DNA of 63,802 nt, filler included, from Octopus bimaculoides (GCF_001194135.2; 6 parts of 6 records of this genome joined end to end with filler, not necessarily neighbours in it); one strand, 5' to 3'; positions 1 through 12,471 are shown, counted from the first letter of the whole stretch. Translations and numbers: made by a program. Notes: generated from the sequence alone by a model not told the origin.

Positions 1-25
1 ATATATATATATATATATATAAGGA

Positions 26-425
26 TACAAAAATGGGAAAAGAACACAACAGGCGACAACAAATCATCCAGACAGTTGACACAAGGAGAGACAAGAAAAA
101 GCAAGGAGAGGTCAATCGGCGCTTTATTTCCTCAGTCGAGTTCCAGATCATCTTTGCAGTTTCAGCTGGTTATGCTCGAGACTGCTTTAATCTGGCCAGC
201 CTCAAGGAAAATCTAAGCTAAGAGCACTAGAGTCATTGGAAGAAAGCAGCGAATATATTCAAAAACAAGTACGAGTAAAAAACAGATAGAAAGTACACAA
301 ATGCAAATACAAACAACAGGACATTTACAACAAGTGTATTTCGACTAAGGACGAATTAAATTAAGCTGGCGTGTGTGTAGTGAAGCCTTACAGTAGGGAC
401 ATAAGAGATGACAGGCAGAGGATAG
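26..425 (-). repeat. Interspersed repeat, probably Penelope-like pLTR-associated; second copy near 19.5 kb
   Basis: 125-255 aligns by eye with 19520-19648, including an exact 19-mer AAAATCTAAGCTAAGAGCA (208-226 and 19602-19620). Family assignment is inferred from hammerhead-like motifs on the minus strand. Confidence 0.45.
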
Positions 426-959
426 TATATAGATGTTGCACAGATGGCAGTCGAACCAAGTAAGAAAGGTCAGACTTGACCGAACACTGGTCACGTGGAA
501 GGAGATGAGAGAGGTAGAGGCAAAAGGATAGAAAAATTAGGGAGGGACGAGAAAGAAAGCAAATAGAAGAAAAGGGACAGAGTGAAAAAGGAGGGAAGGT
601 GAGAATGAAGGGAAGCCCAAGAAATGTGAGAGGGGGGGGGGCAAAGAAAGAAGAGTGGAAAGAACGAAGGAAGTATGAAGGGGCTGAAGGAAAGAAAGAA
701 TGAAAGAATAAGAGAGTCGTACAGAATTTATANNNNNNNNNNCTGCTACTGAGACGGCTAGCAAAACATTTTAGCTAAATCTGGAAGACGGATCGGGAAA
801 TCTAGCTCTGGATATTTCCTAGCAGATGTTTTTTCCTCAAGTATGAAGACTCAGTCGGACTTGACAAGTTTGAAGAGATATCACTAGTATCTCTTTTTAA
901 TCGAGTATTAACCACTGTCGTTTTCGTAAGATATGATGATTCTAGAGAGCCCATTTCCA

Positions 960-1474
960 TCACTTGTACTGAAACTACCTAGGACAGGTTCAGCAGCAAA
1001 TCGGTTCCTTAATCCAGAGTAGAGGACAAGACTTTGTTTAAGTTGAGAACGAGTCAGATGATATTACACCCACTGACCTACCTTACACACATTTTTATAC
1101 ATTTCGGCAATGATGGACCAAACTAACATATCAACTAGCCAACAAGTGCATTGATATCAGTGTCCAACAGGAAGAATCACAAGCTACTCTGGTCTCTTTG
1201 ATCATAAGTCAGTCAACAGACACATAATTAAGAGGCATAAGTAAGAAATTAAGAAGTATATGTAGATTTCCCAGAAGCAAATCTATATTTCATTGGATTA
1301 CTACCAAGTAGTACCCGTAGTAGTCGTGCGCATAACGTCGCATATGAATTTGTTGAAGATGAGCTTCACAGATCTGAAAGAAAACTCCTCAATAGTGTTC
1401 TGTTTACTGAAAAGAACAATAGGATATTTTCACAGTATCTACAAACTTCAGAGCTGAGGCTATGTAATCAATAA
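960..1474 (+). pseudogene. Decayed SGNH/GDSL esterase-like coding remnant (LINE ORF1-type)
   Basis: Stop-free frame from 1253: EVYVDFPEANLYFIGLLPSSTRSSRAHNVAYEFVEDELHRSERKLLNSVLF..., with an FP-x-A..GLLP segment and a DxxH motif. Upstream fragments HIFIHFGND and GSAANRFLNPE resemble SGNH blocks III and I. Confidence 0.4.
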
Positions 1475-1561
1475 CTGTACAGTCATCAACATTTTTTCAT
1501 ATTTGCTGAATTAAGGCGGGTTCTACATAAATACATACCAGGTAAAGTTAAATACATACAC

Positions 1562-1602
<41 letters not shown>

Positions 1603-2169
1603 NNNNNNNNNNNNNNNNNNNNNNNNNNNNNNNNNNNNNNNNNNNNNNNNNNNNNNNNNNNNNNNNNNNNNNNNNNNNNNNNNNNNNNNNNNNNNNNNNN
1701 NNNNNNNNNNNNNNNNNNNNNNNNNNNNNNNNNNNNNNNNNNNNNNNNNNNNNNNNNNNNNNNNNNNNNNNNNNNNNNNNNNNNNNNNNNNNNNNNNNNN
1801 NNNNNNNNNNNNNNNNNNNNNNNNNNNNNNNNNNNNNNNNNNNNNNNNNNNNNNNNNNNNNNNNNNNNNNNNNNNNNNNNNNNNNNNNNNNNNNNNNNNN
1901 NNNNNNNNNNNNNNNNNNNNNNNNNNNNNNNNNNNNNNNNNNNNNNNNNNNNNNNNNNNNNNNNNNNNNNNNNNNNNNNNNNNNNNNNNNNNNNNNNNNN
2001 NNNNNNNNNNNNNNNNNNNNNNNNNNNNNNNNNNNNNNNNNNNNNNNNNNNNNNNNNNNNNNNNNNNNNNNNNNNNNNNNNNNNNNNNNNNNNNNNNNNN
2101 NNNNNNNNNNNNNNNNNNNNNNNNNNNNNNNNNNNNNNNNNNNNNNNNNNNNNNNNNNNNNNNNNNNNN

Positions 2170-2212
<43 letters not shown>

Positions 2213-2343
2213 CATACATATACAGGAACATACATATATACATATATAAACATATATATTTATGCATACATATTTGTACATATATATGTATGGGTGTGTG
2301 CTTACGTATGTATGCATCTTTGTGTGATTAAACATGTATATAT

Positions 2344-2491
2344 ATGCTGTTGATGAGATCACCTTCGGTCATGACTGACCATGGGATTGCACCTAGAAAG
2401 TGACCCTCCCAGGCACAAGTCCAGGCAAGGTTGTTTATGGAAGACCAACAGTCACCCATGCATACCGGCCTCCCCTCTCCACGCCACCAGT
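2344..2491 (-). mobile_element. SINE 3' fragment, truncated where the adjacent MITE begins
   Basis: Matches an octopus SINE 3' segment recalled from memory (GATCACCTTCGGTCATGACTGACCATGGGATTGCACCTAGAAAG) and abuts a (TA)n tail. Confidence 0.55.
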
Positions 2492-2668
2492 GTGCCTGAT
2501 TTCTCATCAACCAAAATCCGCCAGCTAATTACTACTAAAATTCTCCCCCACCAAACCTGCAAAAGTTCGTTTGAAGCGACAAAGCACATTTCGTTGGTTT
2601 CTATAGTGGTAGGGGAGAATTTTAGTAGTAATTAGCTGGCGGATTTTGATTAATGAGAAATCAGGCAC
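2492..2668. mobile_element. MITE-like foldback element with 57-bp terminal inverted repeats
   Basis: Left arm GTGCCTGATTTCTCATCAACCAAAATCCGCCAGCTAATTACTACTAAAATTCTCCCC matches the reverse complement of the right arm at 55/57 positions; spacer about 63 bp. Confidence 0.8.
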
Positions 2669-3550
2669 CTATTTGGCGCTAAATTTCGAAACAGGTACAA
2701 AGCAGACCAGCATTTACTTGTTCTGACGCAGTAGAAGTAAGACGTTATTATTGTTCAGTGATATATCTTCCTATCATGTCTGTAGTAGATTTGTGATTAT
2801 TGGATGGTACAGAAGAATCTTTTCTATTTCTTAGCGATGTAGGTGCTCACGGAGTGTCCTTGTGTATATATGTATATATCCAATATTGTATGTATACATT
2901 TTATTAATTTGCTTGCACGGCTGATAATTCGCTTGCCACTCTTGACGCTATTGTAATAATACCATCCCTATATTAATTTATATATACATTTTTATGTATT
3001 ATTACAATACAATAGTATTATTTTCCGGCGATAAGCATCGTAAATGTGGAATTATAGATAGGAAATAGTGACACAACTAGTTACCAATTTGTGCTGGAAA
3101 TAGCGGTCTATAACCGTACGATGCTTTTATAAAGCTTCACTGAATGTAACGAGGCAAATGTGTATATGTATAAACGGCGGGATTCTTTCAGTTTCCGTAT
3201 ACCAAATCCATTCTCAATGGTTTGGCTGTCTGTGGACTGTACTGAAAGTAACGTGCCCAAGAAAAAATCGTTTTCTTTATAGACAACCACATCTGTGCCT
3301 ATACAGTATTGCTTAATTAATTTATACTCGTTTGGAAGCTGATGAATTGACATAATCGTGTGAGTGTAGGATAGCTTATTTTGCAACGTTTGTTCCGGCT
3401 GTCTATGATTTGAGTTCCAATCCCGCTGAGATAAACTTTGCTTTTTCCTATTTTCGGAGGCAATAAAAAGAACCAAACGCGGACTGGATTAGGAAGAAGC
3501 TTTAAGTTGGCTGGAAAAATTTCTTGCGGTATTTTTTCCAGTTGTGACAA

Positions 3551-3936
3551 TTGTTGGCACTCCGTCGCTTACGACTTCGAGGGTTCCAGTTGATTTGATC
3601 AACGGAACAGCCTGCTCGTGAAATTAACGTGCAAGTGGCTGAGCACTCCACAGACACGTGTACCCTTAACGTAGTTCTCGGGGATATTCAGCGTGACACA
3701 GTGTGACAACGCTGACCCTTTGAATTACAGGCAAAACAGAAACAGGAAGTAAGAGTGAGAGAAAGTTTTGGTGAAAGAGTATACAGCAGGGTTCGCCACC
3801 TTCCCCTGCCGGAGCCTCGTGGAGTTTTAGCTGTTTTCGCTCAATAAACACTCACAACGCCCGGTCTGGGAATCGAAACCGCGATCCTATGACCGCGAGT
3901 CCGCTGCCCTAACCTCTGGGCCATTGCGCCTCCACA
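3551..3936 (-). mobile_element. tRNA-derived SINE family B, full length
   Basis: Minus-strand tRNA-like head (GGCGCAATGGCCCAGAGGTTAGGGCAGCGGACTCG...GGTTTCGATTCCCAGACC, A and B boxes). Near-identical to copies at 24891 and 61751. Flanked by CAGTTGTG[A/G]CAA direct repeat (3539-3550, 3935-3946). Confidence 0.9.
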
Positions 3937-5266
3937 GTTGTGGCAACAATGCTTACAAAAAACATAGATTGCAAACGGAATCGACTCAGACTGGTAGGGG
4001 TTTCTCTAAAATAAACAACGCTAACCTAAGTTGTCAAACAAGCATTCATGGTCAACTGCGTTTTTAAAATTTAAGTAGCGCTTTAAAGTAACCTTCTTTT
4101 GTGTAAAACTGAGTCTGGCTTCCTTCGTTATATATTATAGGCTAAATCTAAAAACGAAATGAATATCACGTGACATCAATTATCAAAATGTATATACATT
4201 TTTGGAGATACTTTGTGCATATCATATATACATATGTATCTGTATATATGTATGTACATCTATATATATATGAGAATGTGTATTATATATATATATATAT
4301 GTGTGTGTGTGTATACGTATGTATGTATCTGTGTTTATATATGTAGTTATATATACGCACAAACTCGTATTCATAGATATATAATGACACAATAGGTGCA
4401 TAGGAAAACAGCTAAAGGCCATTGTGAATTTCAGTTGGAACAGCGGCAACAGCAAAAATCTTATCAAGAAGCAGAATGTTCTCCCTAATCCATTTCCACT
4501 ATTGTTGTTTTCAATATCCAGTTTGAAGCCTTACGTCACCCTCTATTGTTCTTCTTATTGTTGTTATTGTCGCCAGTACGTGAAATTCTTTATTGTAGCT
4601 AAATAAAGTCTAGTTTCATAAGATTATATATGAGTGTGCGTGTGTGTGAGAGTGAGAGAGATAGTTGTGTGTGTGTGTGTTTACAAATATTTGTGGCTTT
4701 ACGCATTCGTGTGTGTATAGGCTTAGTGTGCGCATCCGGTTATGTGTGTATGTATCTATATCTAGTTTATATAGCTTCAAAGCAACAATTCCATATAATA
4801 CATTCATTTGCACGCTCACACAAACAACACATACACACACACACGCATAAACACACACATACATACACACCCATACGCACCTTAAGTTCTTGTATGTAGT
4901 TCTATTTTATGCGTTGAAAAGGGTTTCTCATTTCTAGGAAGGAACATGTTAGCCCTGTGACGCTGCTTGGTGTAAAATTACAGCGTTGGAATATGTGCAC
5001 ATTTCGTAGATTACACACAGAGGTAAGTAATTGGACCAGACTACTAGTAGAGAGTTTCTGCGACCTTATGACGAACCAACACCCAATTTGTTGCTCTATA
5101 TTAAAAAAAAACAAATTAGAACTAAATCGACCGGACAGTTGTCCTCCTCTGATCTAACATCTAATGGTTCTATTGCAGCCCAAATCTACCTCATTTTTCT
5201 TAATAGAACTCGATCCTCAAATGCAGTTTCTCTCCGGTACTCAATCCCATATTTCTTTATCTATAG

Positions 5267-5448
5267 CTCGTTAGGCGCTAGGAAGGGCATCCTGGCGTTA
5301 GGAAGGGCGTCCAGTTGTAGAAACTCTGCCAAATCAGATTGGAGCCTGGTATAGCCATCTGGTTCACCAGCCCTCAGTCAAATCGTCCAACCCATGCTAG
5401 CAGGGAAAGCGGACGTTAGACGACGATGATGATGATGTTGATGATGAT
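5267..5448 (+). mobile_element. RTE-type LINE 3' end with (GAT)n tail
   Basis: Same sequence as the minus-strand 3' end at 45581-45770; related to the 3' ends at 41838 and 43530, which are joined to RTE ORF C-termini. Confidence 0.75.
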
Positions 5449-6064
5449 AGCTCATTCCCTGCTGTTTCACCAAGTCACACAAGCATGAAACATTTTGGAG
5501 CAGCCTTTCTGGTTCTACTGATTTGACGCTTGACTTATTTGATGCAAGCCGTAGTAATGTTTTCTTGTTCTCTCCAAATTCCTTTTCTTTCTTTACTCCT
5601 ATTTATAATTGAATATGAGGAAAATTATCACATGTCATATGAGATAGGCAGAGACACAAATTATGAAGTGAAGGACCTGTAAATCTTGAACAGGTATAGG
5701 AATTGTAATTATTCATTTTTATGTATAAAGCTTGACTACCGAAGTAAGTATTACGCAAAAAGGGTTTTTTATTGTGTAGTATGTATGTTGAATTATTTTA
5801 TGTGACTTCACATGAAATAATTATTTACACCTGAATATATTAACTGCTATTTCCTCTGACTTTTCCAAAGCAACATTTTAACGCCTCATGGTGTTTATTT
5901 ATATTGATCTAGAAATTTCAAAAAATGCAAATTAGTTTGCTTGACAACGATGATCTGTGGTCACAAATCAGGTGTGAAATAAAAGTAAAAAAAACAACAA
6001 AACAAATGTGACATATATGACAAACAGTTTCATGTCAACGTCAACGCTGAAAGAGCTTAATTTA

Positions 6065-6067
6065 TGA

Positions 6068-6156
<89 letters not shown>

Positions 6157-6269
6157 TGTATGTATATTTATGTATATGTATGTGTGTATACATGCATATG
6201 TATGCATGTATATATGCATATATATAAATATATACATATACGCACACACACATACACACACACACACAT

Positions 6270-6301
<32 letters not shown>

Positions 6302-6302
6302 G
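6065..6302. repeat. Compound (CA)n/(TA)n microsatellite
   Basis: Direct reading of the sequence. Confidence 0.95.
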
Positions 6303-7274
6303 TGAGCATTTTAAAAGTTTTGAAGACCTTTTTCCGGTTAACGTTAAATTAATGAGAATGGCCCAGGAGGAGAGGAATTTTGTTTTATGCGTATCGTTTT
6401 CAATTCATAAGTGTGCAATGTCTCTCTCTTCTCTTTCTCACTCTCTTTATTTGTATATGTACCTTTTTCCGCACTCAGATTTCTGGCTATGTTTCATTCC
6501 TGCACCAAATACCACTGTTGCCAGAACAAGCTGAATGCTCAGTCTACCGTGCCAAATCAGCGTCCAAGCTGCTGCGCCCGATCGTCTCTTTTCAGTACAT
6601 GTTATTCACACTTTACGGTAAAAATTGATTCTTGCATATAGTTTCTACGTTTCTTGCTACTGAAATCCCTCATTCGAATTTCCTTAACAAAGAATCCCCA
6701 TTACTCTAACTAGAAAATCTCCAAATACATAAACTTCCTCAGCATATTTTCCATCATACATCAAATGCATCTATGTAAATTCAACTCCCTCGGAAGTCAA
6801 ACGTTCTTGGCAACTTGAATGCTGTTAAGATTTGTCTTTCATATTTATCACATGCTGATACTATCTGAACAGAAACAGAATATTTTATGCTCTGCACTTC
6901 ACTAACACAAGATCCATCCTTTAAAACAGGGTTTCTGAAACGTTTCTTTTTTTTATCTACAGACCTCTTTGTTGACTATTTTATTCTAGTGGACCTCGAA
7001 AGCGCTTCGGAGCTTAAAAACTAGGAAAAATGTCAGATGCATTTCGGCATTTAGTTTTTTTTTTAAATGGCGCGTACTTGACGTAAATTCCTTGCCTTCA
7101 ACATAGGAAGTGGATAAACCATTCACTAATGTTGCGAATACTTTTAAAATACAGAAATATGAAAAGAAAAGTAACATTTCCCATGATTTTGAATACTTTT
7201 CTCTGTATCAATACTATAGACTTTTACTTCGTGCAATTTGTTGAAGACAAATCTGTATAGATATTACTTTCTAA

Positions 7275-7471
7275 TTTTGGCACAAGGCCATCAATTTCAT
7301 AGGAGTGGTTACATCGACCACACTGCTCAAATGGTACTTGTTTTATCGACCGCGAACGGATGAAAGTCAACGTGGGTCCCGACTGAATTTGAGCTCAGAA
7401 CACTAAGACTGAAGGAATGAGGTTAAGCATTTTACCTGGCCTGCTAACAATTCTGCCAGCTCGCTGCCTTA
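7275..7471 (-). mobile_element. SINE family C (probably Meta-domain type), diverged
   Basis: Aligns with copies at 9143, 9363 and 10970. Confidence 0.7.
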
Positions 7472-9142
7472 CTCTGTATAAGTATTAATAGAGAATATTC
7501 TCGTAATTTCTTTCGTGTATACAAATACTTATGTTATATATAATCACATTACGTATACGACTTCTAAATTTTTTTATGAATTGTAATTGTTCTGACGAAA
7601 ACGCACTCTCTGGAATCAAATTCTTTTTATTCATCGACACCGATAATAAATTAAAAACCTTTATTACAAAAACTACAGTTTTCTCGATATATATCATCAA
7701 CATCTTCATTGGAATATTAATGATTACACGAAGTTTAATTACATCAATTAAATTATCATAGAATCTACTAAGGCGTGTTACATAATATGAGCATATATTT
7801 TGATAATTTTTTACATATATAAAAGTTGCTAAAAGTTTTCTGCGATTTCTTTGTATACTTTATGAAAGGTGAATTCGACACACTGTAGTAACAGTTATAT
7901 TGTAAAATATTTGTTATATATAGTTCAAGTATATTTATGTTCATGAAATCGCTTTACAAGATTTTTTCACATACGCATAAAAGTACTCAGATTCACACAG
8001 AACGAATAATGTTTATGATTTGCATTTGTCCATAGGTTTACACTTATCTTCTTAGCTTTTAATTCAATACAACAATGGGCATTTTTGAAATAGATATGAT
8101 ATAGGTTTATTTTTCTTTCTTTTTTTTTTTTTTAGATAATATTCATATCTGTGGAAATTCGTTTAGAAATTACTTCAATGAAAGTTATATCATGTCAGCA
8201 AAGTATCATGAGTTTTTAACTGAAGCTCAATATGTAACGACAATCAAAGAAAGAATTCTTGTGTTGCCGAGGCTTTATGAATTAAGAATCTCAAAGCGAT
8301 AAAATCCATTTTTGCAATAGTTATTTATTGTACAGGATATTCACTTTACATACATGTATTAGAAGAGCATTTCTTAAGCAAAAGAAGTGAAGAAGTTTTG
8401 TATTGAGCCAAATCTTGTTTGTGTTTCCTGAAGAGTCAAGTATGGTATCAAGTAATTCGGAATGTTTGTCCGTTCTTCAGTCAATTATGGAAAGATGTTG
8501 GGAAACTGATACAAACCTCCTTGGTGAAAAGTAACGAAATCTGATATTTCAAAAATGGATAAGAAGTATGTGAGATATAGATTCGATGTCTTGACAAGGG
8601 TTCACTTTACCTAACGTATTTGGCTCAATACGTCTTGAATTATTCTCTCCACTTAACTAATGTTTAGCACCAGCCCCTGGGTAGCTAAATGGAGAGTAGT
8701 TGGTGATTTCAGGTGCAACATTTACCAGTGTGAATTGAGTCAAATTTTGTACATTACTCAATAAAATACGATGAACTAAGTGAGTATGTTTCACTCAGAA
8801 GGCTTAACAACACCGAAACATGATGGAATCTTACTTCCTCAGGCATTCTACTATTCTAAGTTGAGTTTTTGAGTTCTTTCCTTTCTTCTGTCTTTTTTTT
8901 TTTTACCGGATTAATCATTAAATGTAATGCTTTTATCTTCTTCATAGTTGAATTTTTATTAATGACAATATCTTAGTAAGGAGTGGCGAGCATCATGAAC
9001 TTTCGTATTATGCTTTCTATCTAATCATACAAATAAAGCCTAGGAGAAGCAATTGTCACTTATAGATTCCTATATAATCTTCATGAGACTTCATTTTCTG
9101 TTCGACTGCTTTCCTGATTCGCATTCTCCTCGCCAATATATG

Positions 9143-9337
9143 GGTTTCAAATTTTGGCACAAAGCCAGGAATTTCGGGGAACTGGTACTTGTTTTACCGA
9201 ACCCGAAAGGTTGAAAGACGAAGTAGATCTCGGTAAAATTTGAACTCAGAACATAAAGACAGGCAAAATTCCGCTAAGCTTTATTATTATTAAGCATTTT
9301 GCCTGGTGCGATAACGATTCTGCCAGTGCACCATCTT
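9143..9337 (-). mobile_element. SINE family C with 15-bp target-site duplication
   Basis: Exact TCCTCGCCAATATAT at 9127-9141 and 9338-9352 flanks the copy; body aligns with the 9363 copy. Confidence 0.85.
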
Positions 9338-9362
9338 TCCTCGCCAATATATTGGTAACTAA

Positions 9363-9500
9363 AAGGCGGCGAGCTGGCAGAAACGTTAGCACGCCGGGCG
9401 AAATGCTTAGCTGTATTTCGTCTGCTGCTACGTTCTAAGTTCAAATTCCACCGAAGACGACTTTGCCTTTCATCCTTTTGGGGTCGATAAATTAAGTACT
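9363..9500 (+). mobile_element. SINE family C, 5' part
   Basis: Head GGCGGCGAGCTGGCAGAAACGTTAGC...GTTCAAATTCC, then GCCTTTCATCCTTTTGGGGTCGATAAATTAAGTAC (Meta-domain-like; assignment from memory). Confidence 0.85.
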
Positions 9501-10231
9501 GTGAAAGAACGCTCATATTCGTTCGCGATATTAATAGACTATAGAGCGTAATGTTAGCGAAGTTGGCTGCTACGTGTGACTGGTCACGTGTTCATTTAGT
9601 GACTCTCCCTCATTACCTAACACTAAACTTCTGCTTTGTTGTGTTATAGAGGTTTACCGAAGTCAAAGATCTATGGTACAGACGTTGCAAGTGTGGCAAT
9701 TCTGCATATCAAACTGTTTTTTAAGATTGGTATTTCTAAGAGCTTTTTGCGGCTACTTTCTGTAGGCGTAGCAGCAATTGAAAAGTTGTGTATGTACATC
9801 ATATGCAGACGTGTCACATGCTAAAAGTGATTCCTGCTAAGGAAAATGTTTCCCATGCTGTTAGTATCTATGTAAATAAATATGCTTTAGATTTCAAACT
9901 TTGTCCCTTTAGTAAAAAGACTTATTATTACGAATTGTTATAGTAGTTCTGTATTTTATTTATATTATTGTAAGTGCGGTGGAAGCTGGCATCATACTTA
10001 GATCCGATGTTACCGTTATTGTTCTTTCCCATAATTCTTATCTATATCCCAATCGTTCGCTAATATTTCGTCATTATCAACAAAACCCGCCATCACAATA
10101 TTTAACTCTGCTGCCACGGTTAACGCTATTAACTTTATCAACAATAATGTTCATCATCCACATCAACATTATTATTCATCATCATAATCATCATCTACAA
10201 TGTAGATTACTCTTTTACTCGTTTACATAAT

Positions 10232-10681
10232 TTATTCTTTTGACTGTAGCTATGCTAGGGCACCGGCTTTAGTCGAGCAAATCGACCCCATGACTTATTC
10301 TTTGGAAGCTTAGTACTTATTCTATCGGTTCTTTTGCCGAACCGCTAAGTTACGGGGATGTATACACACCAGCATCGGTTGTCAAGCGATGTTGGGGGAC
10401 AAACACAGACACACAGACACACAGACACACACACAGACACACACACACACACACACACACGCGCACACACACACACACNNNNNNNNNNNNNNNNNNNNNN
10501 NNNNNNNNNNNNNNNNNNNNNNNNNNNNNNNNNNNNNNNNNNNNNNNNNNNNNNNNNNNNNNNNNNNNNNNNNNNNNNNNNNNNNNNNNNNNNNNNNNNN
10601 NNNNNNNNNNNNNNNNNNNNNNNNNNNNNNNNNNNNNNNNNNNNNNNNNNNNNNNNNNNNNNNNNNNNNNNNNNNNNNNNN

Positions 10682-10717
<36 letters not shown>

Positions 10718-10875
10718 CGACGGGCTTCTTTCAGTTTCCGTCTACCAAATCCACTCACAAGGCTTTGGTCGGCACGAGGCTATAGGAGAAGAAACTTGCC
10801 CAAGATGCCACGCAGTGGTACTGAACCCGGGACCATTAAGCAAGCTATTTACCACACAGCCACTCCTACGCCTAC
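10232..10875 (-). mobile_element. tRNA-derived CORE-like SINE family A, spanning an N gap
   Basis: Aligns with the complete copies at 57465-57873 and 62590-62992. Confidence 0.9.
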
Positions 10876-10969
10876 ATCATTATCAACGCCACCACCACCC
10901 TCAGTATCAGAAGCTACTGCATACTTCCTCTCGTATAACTTTTCTCCTCACTACCCATATTTCTTTCAA

Positions 10970-11178
10970 ATATTGTCACAAGGCCAGAAATTCCGAGGGA
11001 AAGGGTAGGTCGATTACATCGACCTTTGTGCTCAACAAGTTCATATTTAATCGACCCCCGAGACAATGAAATGTCAAGTCGACCTTGGAGGAATTTGAAC
11101 GCAAAACGTAAAGACTGACGAAATGTCGCTTAGCAATTTTGCCTGGCGGGTTAACGATTCTGTCTGTTCGCCACCTTC
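10970..11178 (-). mobile_element. SINE family C
   Basis: Aligns with the reverse complement of 9363-9500. Confidence 0.75.
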
Positions 11179-11208
11179 TCTATGTTACACATATCGATCT
11201 CAAGAAAT

Positions 11209-11259
11209 TCATAGTCATCGTCGTCGCCATCATCATCGTCATCATCATCATCATCGTCG

Positions 11260-11301
<42 letters not shown>

Positions 11302-11359
11302 GCATCATCATCATCATCGTCGTCGTCATCATCATCATCATCATCATCATCAGCATCAG

Positions 11360-11402
<43 letters not shown>

Positions 11403-11590
11403 GTCATCATCATCATTGTCGTCGTCACCGTTATTGTTACCATCATCACCACCAACACCACCACCATCATCATCGTCGTCATCTTCATCAGGAGCATTAT
11501 CACCATTGTCGTTGTCGTCATCATCATCGTCATCGTCATCATCATCATCATTATCATTATGACCATCATCATCATCACCATCATCATCAT
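11209..11590. repeat. Long imperfect (CAT/CGT)n trinucleotide array
   Basis: Direct reading; it explains the poly-H/I/D/M ORFs in the track. Confidence 0.95.
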
Positions 11591-12415
11591 TAATCAATCC
11601 TTAAAAACGTCATATCATGGTGAAAGAAAATGACATCACACCATCTTGAAAAAAGGAAAAAAGAAGAAAAATAGACTAAATGCCATTATCATTTAACTCA
11701 CAATTCTGTCATTCTGCATTTCGCATTGGAATAAAATAATTTACATACGTGAAAAATATTTTTTTTTAAATTCTCATACCTAACTATTTCCGTAATTCAA
11801 TCGGTTCGATCTAGAATTATTTTTGTTAGGAAATGCATTTAAAAAACCCCACACCGTTTCAGTCACTTTTTTCAATCGTTTAAATACAACATTTAGAACC
11901 ATGGTGTCTGCAAGAGTAAAGCATGTGACGATTATAGAGTCAGAATTCATTCTATTATATCTCGTGTACGATGACGACATGGTGTTCCATATAAGCAGAT
12001 ACACAGACATATATATGCATTTATGTGTGCAATAATGTATATGGTTTTATAAGGATATATATATATACATACACACACACACACACACACGCACACACAC
12101 ATATACATATACGTTGGTGTATATATGCAACGTATTTATTTACGTACATATAACATGTAACATATGTATGTATATACGTACATATATATATATATATATA
12201 NNNNNNNNNNNNNNNNNNNNNNNNNNNNNNNNNNNNNNNNNNNNNNNNNNNNNNNNNNNNCACACACATACATATATATTTATATATATATAAAGAGAGA
12301 GAGAGACAGACAGACATACAGACAGTCAGACAAACACACGCACGCACATATAATTGTCTATGCATATACATATATGTATATGTATGTATAGGTATATATA
12401 TATTTATATATACAT

Positions 12416-12471
<56 letters not shown>

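Noticed and set aside
1253-1474. Penelope RT C-terminus as the reading of this frame
   Set aside because: Initial resemblance (RAHN...EDEL) was weaker than the ordered SGNH-like motifs, and no RT core motifs were found upstream.
3860-3936. tRNA genes at SINE heads (also about 62050-62122)
   Set aside because: The tRNA-like heads run straight into SINE bodies repeated elsewhere in the window; they are not tRNA genes.
11123-11633. Long poly-His/Ile/Asp/Met ORFs
   Set aside because: All frames on both strands are open because of the (CAT)n array; no non-repetitive coding context.
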